The notes under the pieces: generated by a model
What the model was told of the DNA's origin: nothing
What the model saw: the letters and a program-made list of their open reading frames with translations, nothing else
Database searches by the model: none
Virus record (IMG/VR): IMGVR_UViG_3300027820_000071
Coordinates: 1-33,597 of that record
Source: a virus
Taxonomy: Duplodnaviria; Caudoviricetes
Length of the DNA: 33,597 bases
Reading direction: 5' to 3' (one strand)
Position numbers and translations under genes: made by a program
In this document: positions 33,274-33,597 of the stretch, in pieces
Numbering within the stretch: position 1 is the first letter of the stretch
Layout: every line of letters starts with the position of its first letter

Positions 33274-33597
33274 ATGACTTATGCAGTAACAGATACTGTG
33301 GCAGGTTCTCAGGGTATCGCTGATAACTCGACCACTCAGAAACACCCACTGGGTACCATTGTGCGGGCTAAAGACCCGACCTATGGAGAAGGTGAGTTCA
33401 TCTATCTCAAAGGCGTGGCCTCTACGACTGTTGGGCTGTGGGTGACCTATAATGTAGGTTTCCAGTCTGCCCTTGCTACAAGTGCAGTAGGTACTCCTAA
33501 TCCACATGCAGTAGCTATGTCAGCTTGTGTTGCAGATGAATATGGCTGGTATCAGATCAGTGGATGGGCTATTGCAAGTAAGGCTAACACCTTGTCG
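33274..33597 (+). CDS. Capsid-associated/cement protein, 3'-truncated
   Basis: RBS AAGGAG. MTYAVTDTVAGSQGIADNSTTQKHPLGTIVRAKDPTYGEGEFIYLKGVAST... is open to the window end. Confidence 0.75.
   Translation, partial: MTYAVTDTVAGSQGIADNSTTQKHPLGTIVRAKDPTYGEGEFIYLKGVASTTVGLWVTYNVGFQSALATSAVGTPNPHAVAMSACVADEYGWYQISGWAIASKANTLS

Noticed and set aside
1807-33507. Numerous antisense or alternate-frame ORFs inside long genes (e.g. 2450-2749, 4556-4975, 29484-29876, 33259-33507)
   Set aside because: They are shadows of well-supported genes and lack RBSs or recognisable motifs.

Overview
Most of a tailed dsDNA phage genome with a podovirus-like layout, probably infecting a flagellated Gram-negative proteobacterium (inferred). 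It is cut inside the structural module at both ends. Order: ejection/internal virion proteins and tail genes (1-6.2 kb); lysis and accessory cargo, including an M15A endolysin, a lysozyme relic, a RebB-like protein, a holin and a beta-barrel OMP (6.2-9.9 kb); a leftward recombination arm with DUF1364, RHH, ERF and a hexapeptide-repeat protein (9.9-15.7 kb); back-to-back sigma70 promoters with a LexA-type HTH; a rightward replication/nuclease/Q-like arm (15.7-19.5 kb); a second leftward arm (19.8-22.9 kb); then TerS, about 3 kb of small ORFs, TerL, portal, scaffold and major capsid. No integrase, sigma factor, reverse transcriptase or CRISPR was seen. The most unusual signals are non-coding: four exactly spaced FliA/sigma28-type promoters, a sigma54 promoter with three 17-bp enhancer-like boxes and IHF sites (alongside a phage-borne VPLPA-CTERM protein), a 123-nt tRNA-like RNA with a 16-bp acceptor stem ending in CCA, two further multi-hairpin regions, and an array of small genes with a roughly 222-bp period delimited by a 20-nt repeat. 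All calls come from reading motifs by eye; no searches were run.
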